A DNA stretch of 64,000 nt. It comes from Candidatus Micrarchaeota archaeon. Its GTDB lineage: Archaea; Micrarchaeota; Micrarchaeia; Micrarchaeales; CABMGC01. Both the position numbers and the translations under genes were made by a program. The notes beneath the pieces were generated by a model that saw only the letters and a program-made list of their open reading frames with translations, ran no database searches and had not been told where the DNA came from. The stretch lies in NCBI GenBank assembly GCA_021817325.1, contig JAKAVK010000022.1, positions 65,077-129,076 on the forward strand, in the 5' to 3' direction. This document shows, one piece after another, positions 1 through 8,949 of the stretch (its first letter is position 1; each line of letters starts with the position of its first letter).

Positions 1-3000
1 CCGGTCTGCAGCAGACTGACAGGCATGCAGTATGTCTGGTTGGATAATTGCGATCCTAGGCCAAGCACCACATCGCCGATTAATGATGGGGATGTCGAAT
101 TGCCTGACGAGCAATATTCGTTTATGGTTGCATTGTAAGGCACTATCAGCTCTGCAGGATCGTGGTTTATCTCGCATGGCGAGGTTCCCAGCACATATGT
201 CTTGCCGTATTGCTTGCCCTGTAAGATCGCATAGGCGTAACTAGTCTGGTTCGTGTATACGCACGCCAGGAAGTCAAGGGCTCCCCACTTTGGCACCAGT
301 TGATCATCGTAAAGGACATATTTTGCTTGGATGGAGTTCATGTACGCACCCATCGTGGTTGCATTGTAACCGTCCTTAGCCCCCATCACAAACTCAGCTG
401 CCACATGGTAGTCAGTTGTGGGCACTGAGTTATCCCCCCTGATCACGGCATTGCTGTTTCCGAACCAATTGATCCAGTCGCCGTAGTCCCACCAAGCAAG
501 TATGCGGGGTGCATATGGACCCACATTCTGCCTCATCCATGCGGTCGCTGCGAGCCAGTAGTTGGGCACGTTATTGCAGTACATCGCATAGCCAACGGAG
601 TTGCCACTGTTGGCAACAGAGGTGCAGTTTGCTCCGTATGCGCTTATGGCTCCGTATATGCTGGGCACTGCTTCGATCAGTATTATGAACACTGCGATGC
701 TTATCATGACCCACCATGCCTTTGTTCCTTGGGTGCTCGCATTGGTGAGCATCGCCACCTCGCCGAATATGACCCCTATAGCTATTACGTAGGCGACGCC
801 CAGGTGGGGCATATACTTGACCTCTGACATTCCGGCTATCATGAGCGGGAGAACGAGCGCAAGAAGGAAGATTGTAGCCTGCGACTGCCTTCCGTACAGC
901 GCCATTATCATCAGCCCAAGAAATGCTATGAGGACCACCCATACTATTATATCGGTGTTTGCGATCCCGAATGCTATAGGGCCGAATCCGTTGGCTCCGA
1001 AGTTGAAGAATGCGCCTGTGGGCGCGTACTCCTGCACAGTCATAAACAGTGGCGATGACGGCGTGGTGAACTTCTTGCTAAGCGTTATGTATGCTGCTAT
1101 GGGCTTGCCTACCGGAGTAAGGCCTATGACAAGCGGCAGGAAAATTGCAATCGCTATGAGTATCCATATATAGATCGTGTGATCTGGGTACTTTGAAGCG
1201 TTGTTTAAAAGCACGTCCTTCACATCGGAGATGCCCTGACCTCTTATCAGCATAGGCAGGAAGTCGAATATTGCGACCAAAATGAGCGAGAAGAGCGGCA
1301 GCGCTATTATTATCGGGATACCTACTACAGATGGCGTCCTTTCTGTAAGCGTTGCTCCGTATGGCGAATATAATACGTAGGAGATTATTATTACAATAAG
1401 CACAACGGCATTCATCTTATAGAATGACGGTGTTGTGATTTGGTTATCATTGGAGTTAGGCTTCATCACCCCGACCGCTATCAGGGAAGTTATGAATACC
1501 ACAACCAGGCCGTACGGCAGGGATCCTGCACCGCCTATGACCACCACGGCTATTGCCATTGGTATGCCCACCAGCGCCAAGCTTATCAACTCAAGCGTGC
1601 TGTATTTGCTCCTGCCCTCTACACGCTTCAGTACGAGTATGGTTCCCTGGAGCACTATGAACAATGCGAGTATGCCTGCGGTCACAGTGTAATAGTGCGC
1701 ACCGAGGAAGTTGGCAGCAAATGCGATGCCTGCAAGGACGGCCAGCCTCTTGTTATCAGGATACTTGACTGCCAGAAGATAGGCAGTCACGAAGAAGAAC
1801 ATCGCGAATATCCCCCACGGCTCAAGCAACTGCTCCCCTGCGATGAATGTTGTGAGCAGAGTTGGCATTGTAGCAGCAAGAGCGGCGCCTATTATTGCAG
1901 GTATGTCGCCGTACAGGTGATAGAGCAGCACGAAGATAACAAATACCAGCAGTGCTGCCATGATAGGAGGGTACCAACTGCTGACAAGGCTGAGAAGGGT
2001 CGTGTTTGGCGGCGAGTATCCGGATGCATTGCCCAGTGCCACTGCGCCTGCTACCGAGGAATTTGATGTATGGGTTATCCCCAGCGTTGTTGTCGAAGAA
2101 TTGCTGATTAGTGCAGTTGCAGCTGCACTATTGCCCCCTGCAAGATCGTACCAGTATGCTTCCAGATAAGGCACCAGAGGCTGTAGCCTCTCGACAGTTC
2201 CATTGGTTAGCGTTGGCCATGCCTCGTGCGAGTATTGTATCTGGTATCCATAAGTAAGTATGTTCTGCGTGCTTAACATGTCAAAGTAGGGATCAAATTC
2301 GAAATATGATGGGGCCTTTGAAATATTCATTATCCTTGTTCCGAAGGTCAACAGCATGACCGCAAGCAGTATGAACCATATAGGTTTTATGTGGAGAGGC
2401 CTGCCTATCGACTCTGCCTGGCCCCTGAGGAGCATGCGTTCTTCTGCCTCGTGGCGCTCGTATAGTCTGCGTTCTGCGTCAGAATGCGACGCCTCTATCC
2501 TGCTGCGTTCCTCGGGGCCTGCGCTTTTCAGCGAGTCCAGTTCCTCCCTGTGCTCTCTGCGCAGCTGTTCTTCCTCGGCCTCGTGCTCCTTTACCGTGCG
2601 CATGTCGAGGTTGAGTGCCGCTATGGTGGCCCTCTGTTCGGCAATCCTCTTTTTGTAATCGCCGGACGACTGTTTGAATGCCGGTATTGTGGGCTTCATT
2701 CCTAGCATGCCCCTGATAATGCCCGTGTTCAGGGCGCCCTGCTGGATTGAGAGGAGTATGCCTATGATTGTTATCACTATTATGTTTGCATTGTATAAGC
2801 CTCCTGAGAATGAGAATATGTGAGCATAGGGTATCAGGTACGATTCCAGCCATATCGCAGCCGGAGGCAGTATCATGCCCAGGATGAACCCTGTCACCGC
2901 TATCTCGAACATGTTCAACTCTGTCTTTCTAAGCAGTGCCAAGGCTACGAAGAAGCCTGGAAGCATTATTGAGAAAAAGCCGAGTATTATTGCGATGATT

Positions 3001-3008
3001 AGAGACAT
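1..3008 (-). CDS. aglB: Oligosaccharyltransferase AglB/STT3. The N-terminus is complete and the C-terminus runs off the left edge, with about 1002 codons visible.
   Basis: Absent from the supplied ORF track because there is no in-window stop. Hand translation from the ATG at 3008 gives MSLIIAIILGFFSIMLPGFFVALALLRKTELNMFEIAVTGF... I checked codon by codon from 3008 to about 2370 and found no stop. In the same frame, 494..480 encodes WWDYG (ILAWWDYGDWINW), the STT3/AglB signature. EFDPYF lies near residue 237. The protein is very hydrophobic. The plus-strand ORFs at 601..2169 look like antisense shadows. Confidence 0.85.
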   Translation of the reverse strand, partial: MSLIIAIILGFFSIMLPGFFVALALLRKTELNMFEIAVTGFILGMILPPAAIWLESYLIPYAHIFSFSGGLYNANIIVITIIGILLSIQQGALNTGIIRGMLGMKPTIPAFKQSSGDYKKRIAEQRATIAALNLDMRTVKEHEAEEEQLRREHREELDSLKSAGPEERSRIEASHSDAERRLYERHEAEERMLLRGQAESIGRPLHIKPIWFILLAVMLLTFGTRIMNISKAPSYFEFDPYFDMLSTQNILTYGYQIQYSHEAWPTLTNGTVERLQPLVPYLEAYWYDLAGGNSAAATALISNSSTTTLGITHTSNSSVAGAVALGNASGYSPPNTTLLSLVSSWYPPIMAALLVFVIFVLLYHLYGDIPAIIGAALAATMPTLLTTFIAGEQLLEPWGIFAMFFFVTAYLLAVKYPDNKRLAVLAGIAFAANFLGAHYYTVTAGILALFIVLQGTILVLKRVEGRSKYSTLELISLALVGIPMAIAVVVIGGAGSLPYGLVVVFITSLIAVGVMKPNSNDNQITTPSFYKMNAVVLIVIIISYVLYSPYGATLTERTPSVVGIPIIIALPLFSLILVAIFDFLPMLIRGQGISDVKDVLLNNASKYPDHTIYIWILIAIAIFLPLVIGLTPVGKPIAAYITLSKKFTTPSSPLFMTVQEYAPTGAFFNFGANGFGPIAFGIANTDIIVWVVLIAFLGLMIMALYGRQSQATIFLLALVLPLMIAGMSEVKYMPHLGVAYVIAIGVIFGEVAMLTNASTQGTKAWWVMISIAVFIILIEAVPSIYGAISAYGANCTSVANSGNSVGYAMYCNNVPNYWLAATAWMRQNVGPYAPRILAWWDYGDWINWFGNSNAVIRGDNSVPTTDYHVAAEFVMGAKDGYNATTMGAYMNSIQAKYVLYDDQLVPKWGALDFLACVYTNQTSYAYAILQGKQYGKTYVLGTSPCEINHDPAELIVPYNATINEYCSSGNSTSPSLIGDVVLGLGSQLSNQTYCMPVSLLQT

Positions 3009-3112
3009 GAAATTGCACGCGCTATATCTAATTCTATAGATAACTTAATTAATTTCTCCAGCAGATACTTTATTGCCTAGCAAACATTATAAAGACTCTT
3101 GTTCGTTTCGCA
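3009..3112. promoter_or_regulatory. AT-rich divergent promoter region between aglB and the geranylgeranyl-reductase-like gene
   Basis: TATA-like ATTATAAA lies about 20-28 nt upstream of the GTG at 3113. TATAGA/TTAATTAA-rich sequence lies about 20-35 nt upstream of the aglB ATG on the other strand. This is consistent with short-leader or leaderless archaeal mRNAs. Confidence 0.4.
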
Positions 3113-4228
3113 GTGGGTGTTTCGTTGAAAGATACCGTCGCTATTATAGGAGGAGGCACAGCTGGCCTTATAGCTGCAAAGCGCTTGGCCAGAATGGGCA
3201 TAAAGACTACTGTTTTCGACCAGAAGAAGGTGCTTGGCGTACCGGTGCGGGCATCTGGAATACTCTCAATAGATGGTCTTGAGACCCTGGGCATAGATTA
3301 TTTCAGGAGCATAACTAATACCCTCTCCGGGGCCGACCTGCACGCCGGAGGCGAGGTTATGAGAGTAAGGGCGCATAGGCCCATGGCTTACGTGCTCGAT
3401 AGGAGGAAGCTGAATGAGATATGCAGAGAGGAAGCCGAGGATGCCGGAGCCAGGATTGAACTTGGGAGGCAGATCGCAGGCGCGGAGATGCAGAAGCTGT
3501 CGCGGTCGAATATAATAATAGGCGCGGACGGCGCCATCTCGGCTGTTGCAAGGCATTTCTCCATGGGAGCGATCGGCAGATACATCACCACATACAAGGC
3601 AGAATACGCTTCCCGCGCTGCCGAACCAGGGATCGCCAGCTTATTCTTCGACAACAAGATCGCGCCTGGGCTCTTTGGCTGGCTCTGCCCCAACACGAGG
3701 GACATATTGGAGGTGGGCATCGGGATCGACTCCAGGCACGGGAATGCGAAGGCAGCATTTGACAGATTCATAGGCATTGATGCCGTGAAAGATGCGATAG
3801 GCGCAGGACAGATGCTGAACGGCTACGCCAGCATCATACCGTCGATGCTCAGGGAGAGGATCGTGGACCCAGTTAGGGAGGTGCTGCTTGTGGGCGATGC
3901 TGCAGGGCAGGTAAAGCCAACGACTGGAGGGGGCATAATATTCGGCGGCAACGCGGCCAGGATTGCGGCCTTCTGCATCAATGAGCACCTGATCGGAGGT
4001 AGCAGCCTTAAAACCTACCTGGATGGGTTCATGGACGAGTACGGGCTCGAACTCAGACTGCATTCAGCGATAAATGGCTTCTATTCCTCTGCATGGGGGC
4101 GCACGCTTGGCGGCATACTGGCCATCTCTAATGCTATTGGAATAGATAGGTTCCTTGGAAGATACGGCGACATGGACAGGCCTAGCCTCATAATGAAGAG
4201 GTTCTTCCTTAGGAGCCTTGCCGGATGA
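3113..4228 (+). CDS. Geranylgeranyl reductase family FAD-dependent oxidoreductase
   Basis: N-terminal Rossmann motif VAIIGGGTAGLIAA. GLFGWLCP is similar to the GGR YxWxFP motif. LLVGDAAGQVKPTTGGGI is the FAD-binding GD motif. Length is 371 aa. The start is a GTG and the true start is uncertain. Confidence 0.7.
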   Translation: MGVSLKDTVAIIGGGTAGLIAAKRLARMGIKTTVFDQKKVLGVPVRASGILSIDGLETLGIDYFRSITNTLSGADLHAGGEVMRVRAHRPMAYVLDRRKLNEICREEAEDAGARIELGRQIAGAEMQKLSRSNIIIGADGAISAVARHFSMGAIGRYITTYKAEYASRAAEPGIASLFFDNKIAPGLFGWLCPNTRDILEVGIGIDSRHGNAKAAFDRFIGIDAVKDAIGAGQMLNGYASIIPSMLRERIVDPVREVLLVGDAAGQVKPTTGGGIIFGGNAARIAAFCINEHLIGGSSLKTYLDGFMDEYGLELRLHSAINGFYSSAWGRTLGGILAISNAIGIDRFLGRYGDMDRPSLIMKRFFLRSLAG

Positions 4229-4370
4229 CTGGCCGCAGGGGGAGAATGAGGGGAACCAGAAGGAGGGTTTAGCTTGGCCGCCACAAAATTATCTGATACG
4301 TTTCCCTCCCGGTTATGATTGTTTATCGGCTCAGACCGGGTTGCTTCACATAATTCATTAGTCGCTGGTG

Positions 4371-4913
4371 TCAGCGTCGCCGTCTCAGGATACCCAGTGC
4401 GATGCCGTTGATATTCGGCTTCCTTATCGCGGCGTCGGTATTCGGCACCACATACAGGATATGGCCGCGTTCAGCCGGTTGCGCACACGCGGCCACGCCG
4501 ATTCCCCTCCCGCACTCGATGGGCGACACGTCTACCATCACTGGACCCTCTCCCGGATAGTGATATGAGCCGTCCGGCTGCCTGCCTGATGTCTGCAGCC
4601 CGAGTTTTTTTATGAAAAACGGTCCGAACCCATCGAGATCTTTAAGAAAATCCCTGGTCATGTTCGCCATCAAATACCCATAGGATACGAATACAGCGTG
4701 TCTTGGAAGCAACCCCGCAGGCAACATGTCCTCTAAGCTAGAATGTCTTGCAGCTGCCTCTTCGAACAGGTGCTGCATGTGTGCGACAGAGAATTGCGGA
4801 TTTGAGAACTGCATACTGGTTTTGCATGCCGCAGGATATTCGTTACGCCAACCTGCAGCCGGCACATGCTGACTTATCTGAAGGCTTCGATGGGTTCTTA
4901 CCTGCATCGTCAT
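4371..4913 (-). CDS. Hypothetical protein, possibly VOC/glyoxalase-like fold
   Basis: The ORF overlaps the upstream gene by 4 nt (ATGA-type coupling). The C-terminal GHILYVVPNTDAAIRKPNINGIAL resembles a VOC beta-alpha-beta-beta-beta module. The start is probably an internal Met. The function call is weak. Confidence 0.4.
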   Translation of the reverse strand: MTMQVRTHRSLQISQHVPAAGWRNEYPAACKTSMQFSNPQFSVAHMQHLFEEAAARHSSLEDMLPAGLLPRHAVFVSYGYLMANMTRDFLKDLDGFGPFFIKKLGLQTSGRQPDGSYHYPGEGPVMVDVSPIECGRGIGVAACAQPAERGHILYVVPNTDAAIRKPNINGIALGILRRRR

Positions 4914-5425
4914 GCGCCTTCGTTGACGGTCTTCTTCCTCTCGATCAGCCTGTCGCCTACGAGCTTCCTGTTCTCCATGTCGTGCTTTACTCTCTCGCGC
5001 TCCTCTGGGGTCAGCACTCTGCTAAGTATGTAATCAGAGTAGCTGACGGATATGTCGGCCAGGGAGAGCAGCACGCTCTGCAGATCGCTAGTGGCTATCC
5101 TGTATTCCCCAGTGGGTTTAAGGATCTCAACCCCGACAGGAGCGAAGTTGAAAACAATGTTGATCAGCGCGCCTATATCGTTGAACAGCACGGTTATCTC
5201 TGCGCTGGTTGAGTACTGCCCATCCTTGCCCTGGAGCGGCTCCTCTATCCCGCCGTAGCAGTAGAGCACTCCAGGCGCCTTCAGCAGGCGCTCGTTTACC
5301 AGGTCAGTCATTATCGGTTGCAACTCCTCGGCCCTCTCACTGTGCATGTCGAAGTAGAGCTTTGCCAATATGCCCTTCTTATTTATTGCGTCGTCAGTAA
5401 GCTGATCCATCTGCGATTTAGCCAT
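4910..5425 (-). CDS. Hypothetical protein, co-oriented directly downstream of hisS
   Basis: 171-aa ORF with protein-like composition and a 2-nt gap after the hisS stop. I recognise no motif. Confidence 0.5.
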   Translation of the reverse strand: MAKSQMDQLTDDAINKKGILAKLYFDMHSERAEELQPIMTDLVNERLLKAPGVLYCYGGIEEPLQGKDGQYSTSAEITVLFNDIGALINIVFNFAPVGVEILKPTGEYRIATSDLQSVLLSLADISVSYSDYILSRVLTPEERERVKHDMENRKLVGDRLIERKKTVNEGA

Positions 5426-5427
5426 GA

Positions 5428-6717
5428 TTAGCCCTTTATCGTTTGTATCAATTCGTCTATATTAAGCATTTGCTCGGATCCGTTTATCATGTCCCTGAGC
5501 TTTACCTTGTTCTGCTCCCTCTCCGCGTTTCCCACTATCACAGCATATCTTATCCTAAGCGAGTTGGCGTATTCCAGCTGCTTTGAGATGTTGCGCTCCT
5601 TCGCATTCAGGTCTGCGTATAGGCCCCTACCGCGCAGCATGTTGGCTATGCCTATGGCGTATCCTGCGTTGTCTTTACCTATGTACGCCACGAATATCTT
5701 TGCGTAGGTCTGCGCCGACTTCCCATTCTGCAGCAGTTCAAAGATCCTGTTCACGCCGATGGACGTGCCAACAGCAGGGATGGCGGCCTTGGTATATAGG
5801 CCTATTAGCCCGTCGTACCGTCCGCCGGCCACGATCGTAGGCATCTGCCTGCCATCTCTGAAGGCTACAAACTCCCAGATCGCCCCGGTATAGTAGTTCA
5901 GCCCGCGAGCTAGGGAGAAATCGATCGTAATCTCACCGCGCAGGCCGTATGAGCCTACTGTCTTAAGCAGTTCAAGCATTCTGCCGACCTCAGCCTTCAC
6001 CCCGTCAGTCTCGGTTGCCAGCCGCTGGAGCTTCTGCTCGTTGTCCATCTCGTCCTTCATGAAGTTGAGCATGCTCTCAGATATCCTCTGGTCGATGCCT
6101 ATCGCTGAGAGCTGGTCTATGACTTCTTTCCTGGTGGTCTTTGCAAGCTTGTCGATTGCAACTATGGCGGCCATCTGCTTGTCTCTCGGCACCTTGTATT
6201 TGTCAAGTATCGCATTGATGAAGATCCTGCTGTTGAGCAGTATTACATAGTCGTCTATTCCAAGGGCTTCTATGGCCAGCGCGGCTGCAGCCATGGTCTC
6301 TGCGTCGCTTATCGGATCGGTGCTGCCAACAATGTCTATATCCGCCTGGATGAACTCTCTGGCCCGCATCTTCTGCGGCTCGTCCCTGCGCCAGACTTTC
6401 TCGATCTGATATCTCTTGAACGGCATGGTTATGTCCTTGTTCATCGAGACATATCTGGCCAGTGGCACGGACAGATCATATCTCATACCAGTTTTGCCGT
6501 CGGCGAGTGCGTATATCTCGTTCCTTGATTGCTGGCCATACGCCTTTGAGTTGAGCGTGTCCATGGCCTCCATGCTTGGAGTCATGAGCGGATAGAAGCC
6601 GAACCTCTTGAATATCTCCTCTATGACCGATATTGTCTCCTTCAGTGATATTGCCTCTGAAGGCGAAAAATCGCGAGTACCCCTAACAAGTTCCATTGCC
6701 ATCAATATCAGCAGCAA
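5428..6717 (-). CDS. hisS: Histidine--tRNA ligase
   Basis: VRGTRDFSP (class II motif region), RYDLSVPLARY, FKRYQIEKVWRRDEPQ, GGRYDGLI and a C-terminal anticodon-binding domain. Length is 429 aa. Confidence 0.9.
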   Translation of the reverse strand: MLLILMAMELVRGTRDFSPSEAISLKETISVIEEIFKRFGFYPLMTPSMEAMDTLNSKAYGQQSRNEIYALADGKTGMRYDLSVPLARYVSMNKDITMPFKRYQIEKVWRRDEPQKMRAREFIQADIDIVGSTDPISDAETMAAAALAIEALGIDDYVILLNSRIFINAILDKYKVPRDKQMAAIVAIDKLAKTTRKEVIDQLSAIGIDQRISESMLNFMKDEMDNEQKLQRLATETDGVKAEVGRMLELLKTVGSYGLRGEITIDFSLARGLNYYTGAIWEFVAFRDGRQMPTIVAGGRYDGLIGLYTKAAIPAVGTSIGVNRIFELLQNGKSAQTYAKIFVAYIGKDNAGYAIGIANMLRGRGLYADLNAKERNISKQLEYANSLRIRYAVIVGNAEREQNKVKLRDMINGSEQMLNIDELIQTIKG

Positions 6718-6748
6718 GTGCTGATCTATCTATAGGAAACGGTAAGTA

Positions 6749-7093
6749 TTAAAGATTCTTGTCCAGCCACTTCTTGAAGGACTCTTTTGGTAACGCACCG
6801 ACGGACATTGCCTTCACCTGCCCTTTCTCGAAAAGCAGCACGGTTGGTATGCTCATTATATTGTATTCGCCAGCGACCTCCTGGTTCTCATCGGTGTTCA
6901 GCTTCCCGAACTTGACCTTGCCGCCATATTCCTTCGATACCTCCTCTATTATAGGTGAGAATATCCTGCACGGTCCGCACCATTCGGCCCAGAAGTCGAC
7001 TACTACGGGCTCTTTTGACTTCTTGACTTCGGCGTCGAAATTATCGGTTGTGAGATTTTCCATGCTGATCACGCAATTCTTATTTGTACCCAC
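6749..7093 (-). CDS. trxA: Thioredoxin
   Basis: WAEWCGPCR active site, 114 aa, and a TATA-like AAATATATAAAG about 25 nt upstream of the ATG. Confidence 0.9.
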   Translation of the reverse strand: MGTNKNCVISMENLTTDNFDAEVKKSKEPVVVDFWAEWCGPCRIFSPIIEEVSKEYGGKVKFGKLNTDENQEVAGEYNIMSIPTVLLFEKGQVKAMSVGALPKESFKKWLDKNL

Positions 7094-7179
7094 TGAAATA
7101 TATAAAGATTCTTATTGCGGGCGGTGTCAACAAATCCCACACATTATTCCAGTGCCATATTTGCCTGCCCGCCTGCCTT

Positions 7180-7368
7180 TTACCAGGCCGACCAAGTTAC
7201 CAGGGCCTTCTTGTCCTCGTCTATGATCTGGTCTTGCCTATCTGATGCCCCAATGCAAATGCCATGCGCTTCGACCAACAGCGGCCTTGCCTTGATCCGC
7301 CTTGCGATCTTTGCTTCCTCAGAAGCATAGCCCACTACAAGAATATCCTTAGGTACGGGGTCGCTCAT
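7180..7368 (-). CDS. Small hypothetical ORF (62 aa)
   Basis: Support comes only from the ORF itself and its plausible composition. It lies immediately downstream of ORF 7371..7586 in a different frame. Confidence 0.25.
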   Translation of the reverse strand: MSDPVPKDILVVGYASEEAKIARRIKARPLLVEAHGICIGASDRQDQIIDEDKKALVTWSAW

Positions 7369-7370
7369 TT

Positions 7371-7586
7371 TTATATGATCTTAGGTGCGAGTGGCTTGCC
7401 CTTTAAGCCTGTTGTTGGAATACTCTTGTTTGTCAAAATCGCAACGAAGTATTTGCGCAGCTTTAACCTAGCTCGGTGTCTTTCTATGCTCTGGGTGGTG
7501 TTGGTGCTTAGCATAACAGATTTAATCCGGTTCGGATGAAGCCGCTTGAGAGTTGTGATTTTCACATTGAAGCAGGTTATCGACAT
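7371..7586 (-). CDS. Small basic hypothetical ORF (71 aa)
   Basis: ORF only. It is basic, with no motif I recognise, and could be spurious. Confidence 0.25.
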   Translation of the reverse strand: MSITCFNVKITTLKRLHPNRIKSVMLSTNTTQSIERHRARLKLRKYFVAILTNKSIPTTGLKGKPLAPKII

Positions 7587-7670
7587 GTCAAAAAGCTCAC
7601 GCTACTGTGTTATGTTATTGGTTTGAGATCGAAAGCCGTCCGCGGGATGTAGGTGTCTAGATCGGCAGAT

Positions 7671-7946
7671 TCAGAATTCCAGATCCGATGCCTCCTCCTT
7701 CGCAACCTTTGGCGCATTGACGATTATCGTCTGGCCCACCTTGCTTACCCTCTCATAGCTTATGCTGTTCTTCCTGAAGTCGTTTCTAAGGTCAGCGCTC
7801 CTGGTAAGATCCTGCAGCCTCTTGAGCAATAGGTACGCCACCTCCCCCGATTCAAAATTTATCACAACCCCTCTGACCTCGCCAAGGACCGAGCCTGCAG
7901 AGGTTATTATCGTCTTTCCATAAAGTTCTGAAATGTTGAGTGCCAT
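7671..7946 (-). CDS. PRC-barrel domain protein
   Basis: ELYGKTIITSAGSVLGEVRGVVINFESGEVAYLLL matches the PRC-barrel pattern (G..V....G..lG.v.d...d...g.v..l.v). Length is 91 aa. Confidence 0.65.
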   Translation of the reverse strand: MALNISELYGKTIITSAGSVLGEVRGVVINFESGEVAYLLLKRLQDLTRSADLRNDFRKNSISYERVSKVGQTIIVNAPKVAKEEASDLEF

Positions 7947-7953
7947 TGCATCA

Positions 7954-8511
7954 CTATCTCAGTCTGCCTATCTTCTTCGAGGCAAACACGCGTACAATAT
8001 ATTCGTTTAATGTATTTATAAAAGCATCTATATCCTTTTTCTTCTCCTCGAGCTCCTCGCCCTCAAACAGGCTCTCATTCTCGCTGACAAGCTTCCTCAG
8101 GTAGCGATCCGTCATCGAGTAGAAGCGCTTGCCGCATTTTGTGCAGGCAAAGATCGGAACCACAGGCACCTTTGAAATGGCCCTAGGCTCTTTCAAATCG
8201 AGTTCCCGTACAAGGATGCCGCTGCAATCCTGGCACGCACTCTTGTATATGACCTTGTTGTAAGTATCAGTGTTCTCAATGGAGATGTCCTTGGCTCCTA
8301 GATACTCCTTCAGCGAGGACTCCGGGTCCTTCGACATCTTGTATGTCTGGTTGACTATTGCACCACCCTCCTCAAATTCCGTAAGAAGCACTCCATTCAT
8401 CGTGTCCTCCGCAACACAAAAACAGTGCCCGCCATCGCTCTTATAAGGAGTTGTCCTGTATCTACCGCCTGTTTTATATACGAGCAGCGATTCAGATGAC
8501 ATCTGCCTCAC
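7954..8511 (-). CDS. Hypothetical zinc-ribbon protein
   Basis: CQDC...CTKCGKRF gives a CxxC/CxxC pair, followed by an acidic helical C-terminus. The 5' end overlaps the histone gene, so the true start may be M4 or M38. Confidence 0.5.
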   Translation of the reverse strand: MRQMSSESLLVYKTGGRYRTTPYKSDGGHCFCVAEDTMNGVLLTEFEEGGAIVNQTYKMSKDPESSLKEYLGAKDISIENTDTYNKVIYKSACQDCSGILVRELDLKEPRAISKVPVVPIFACTKCGKRFYSMTDRYLRKLVSENESLFEGEELEEKKKDIDAFINTLNEYIVRVFASKKIGRLR

Positions 8512-8713
8512 CGTTTATCACATATTCGGCAACATCCTTACCCGTTACTTTGTCGCGGTTCTCCTTCTTTGCATTCTCAACGGCGTACTTTGAAATGCTC
8601 TCCGCCTTTTTCTCGAGTATCTTCGCCAACGCCTCGGCCCCCGCATCGGTTATATTCGCCTTGAAGTACCTTTTCACAAGCCCTTTTATCGCGCTCTTGG
8701 GTATCTTTGCCAT
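8492..8713 (-). CDS. Archaeal histone (histone-fold, HMf-like)
   Basis: The 73-aa protein aligns by eye to HMfB. IPKSAIKGLVKRY / DAGAEALAKILEKKAESISKYAVENAKKENRDKVTGKDVAEYV matches IAPIGRIIK / DDARITLAKILEEMGRDIASEAIKLARHAGRKTIKAEDIELAV. Confidence 0.8.
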   Translation of the reverse strand: MAKIPKSAIKGLVKRYFKANITDAGAEALAKILEKKAESISKYAVENAKKENRDKVTGKDVAEYVINGEADVI

Positions 8714-8718
8714 TTATA

Positions 8719-8949
8719 TCAGCACTCAAGATCTTCATCACTAGTCAGAAGTATGAGCTCATCACAATAATGCATTGCTGTGTAAAGGGATATAAACATG
8801 TTATCGCAGCCGGGGAAGTCCATAAATCGGAACGGGCCCGGCACAAATTGAGAAGGCAGCACATATTCACGACCCGCTGAATAGGGCACGTATGCAATTG
8901 GATATAGGCACTGGCGGCGGCGCTTATTCTGTATCGGTTTTGTGGTCAT
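8719..8949 (-). CDS. Hypothetical ORF that overlaps the end of the upstream ORF in the +1 frame
   Basis: 76-aa ORF with no motif. It overlaps 8924..9268 by 26 nt. Confidence 0.3.
   Translation of the reverse strand: MTTKPIQNKRRRQCLYPIAYVPYSAGREYVLPSQFVPGPFRFMDFPGCDNMFISLYTAMHYCDELILLTSDEDLEC

Noticed and set aside
571-2853. Track ORFs inside the aglB region: 571..942(-), 601..792(+), 817..1173(+), 1440..2066(+), 2356..2658(+) and 2479..2853(-)
   Set aside because: All lie in frames other than the long aglB frame. Their translations are Cys/His/Arg-rich or otherwise shadow-like, so I treat them as antisense or out-of-frame shadows of the hydrophobic AglB ORF.
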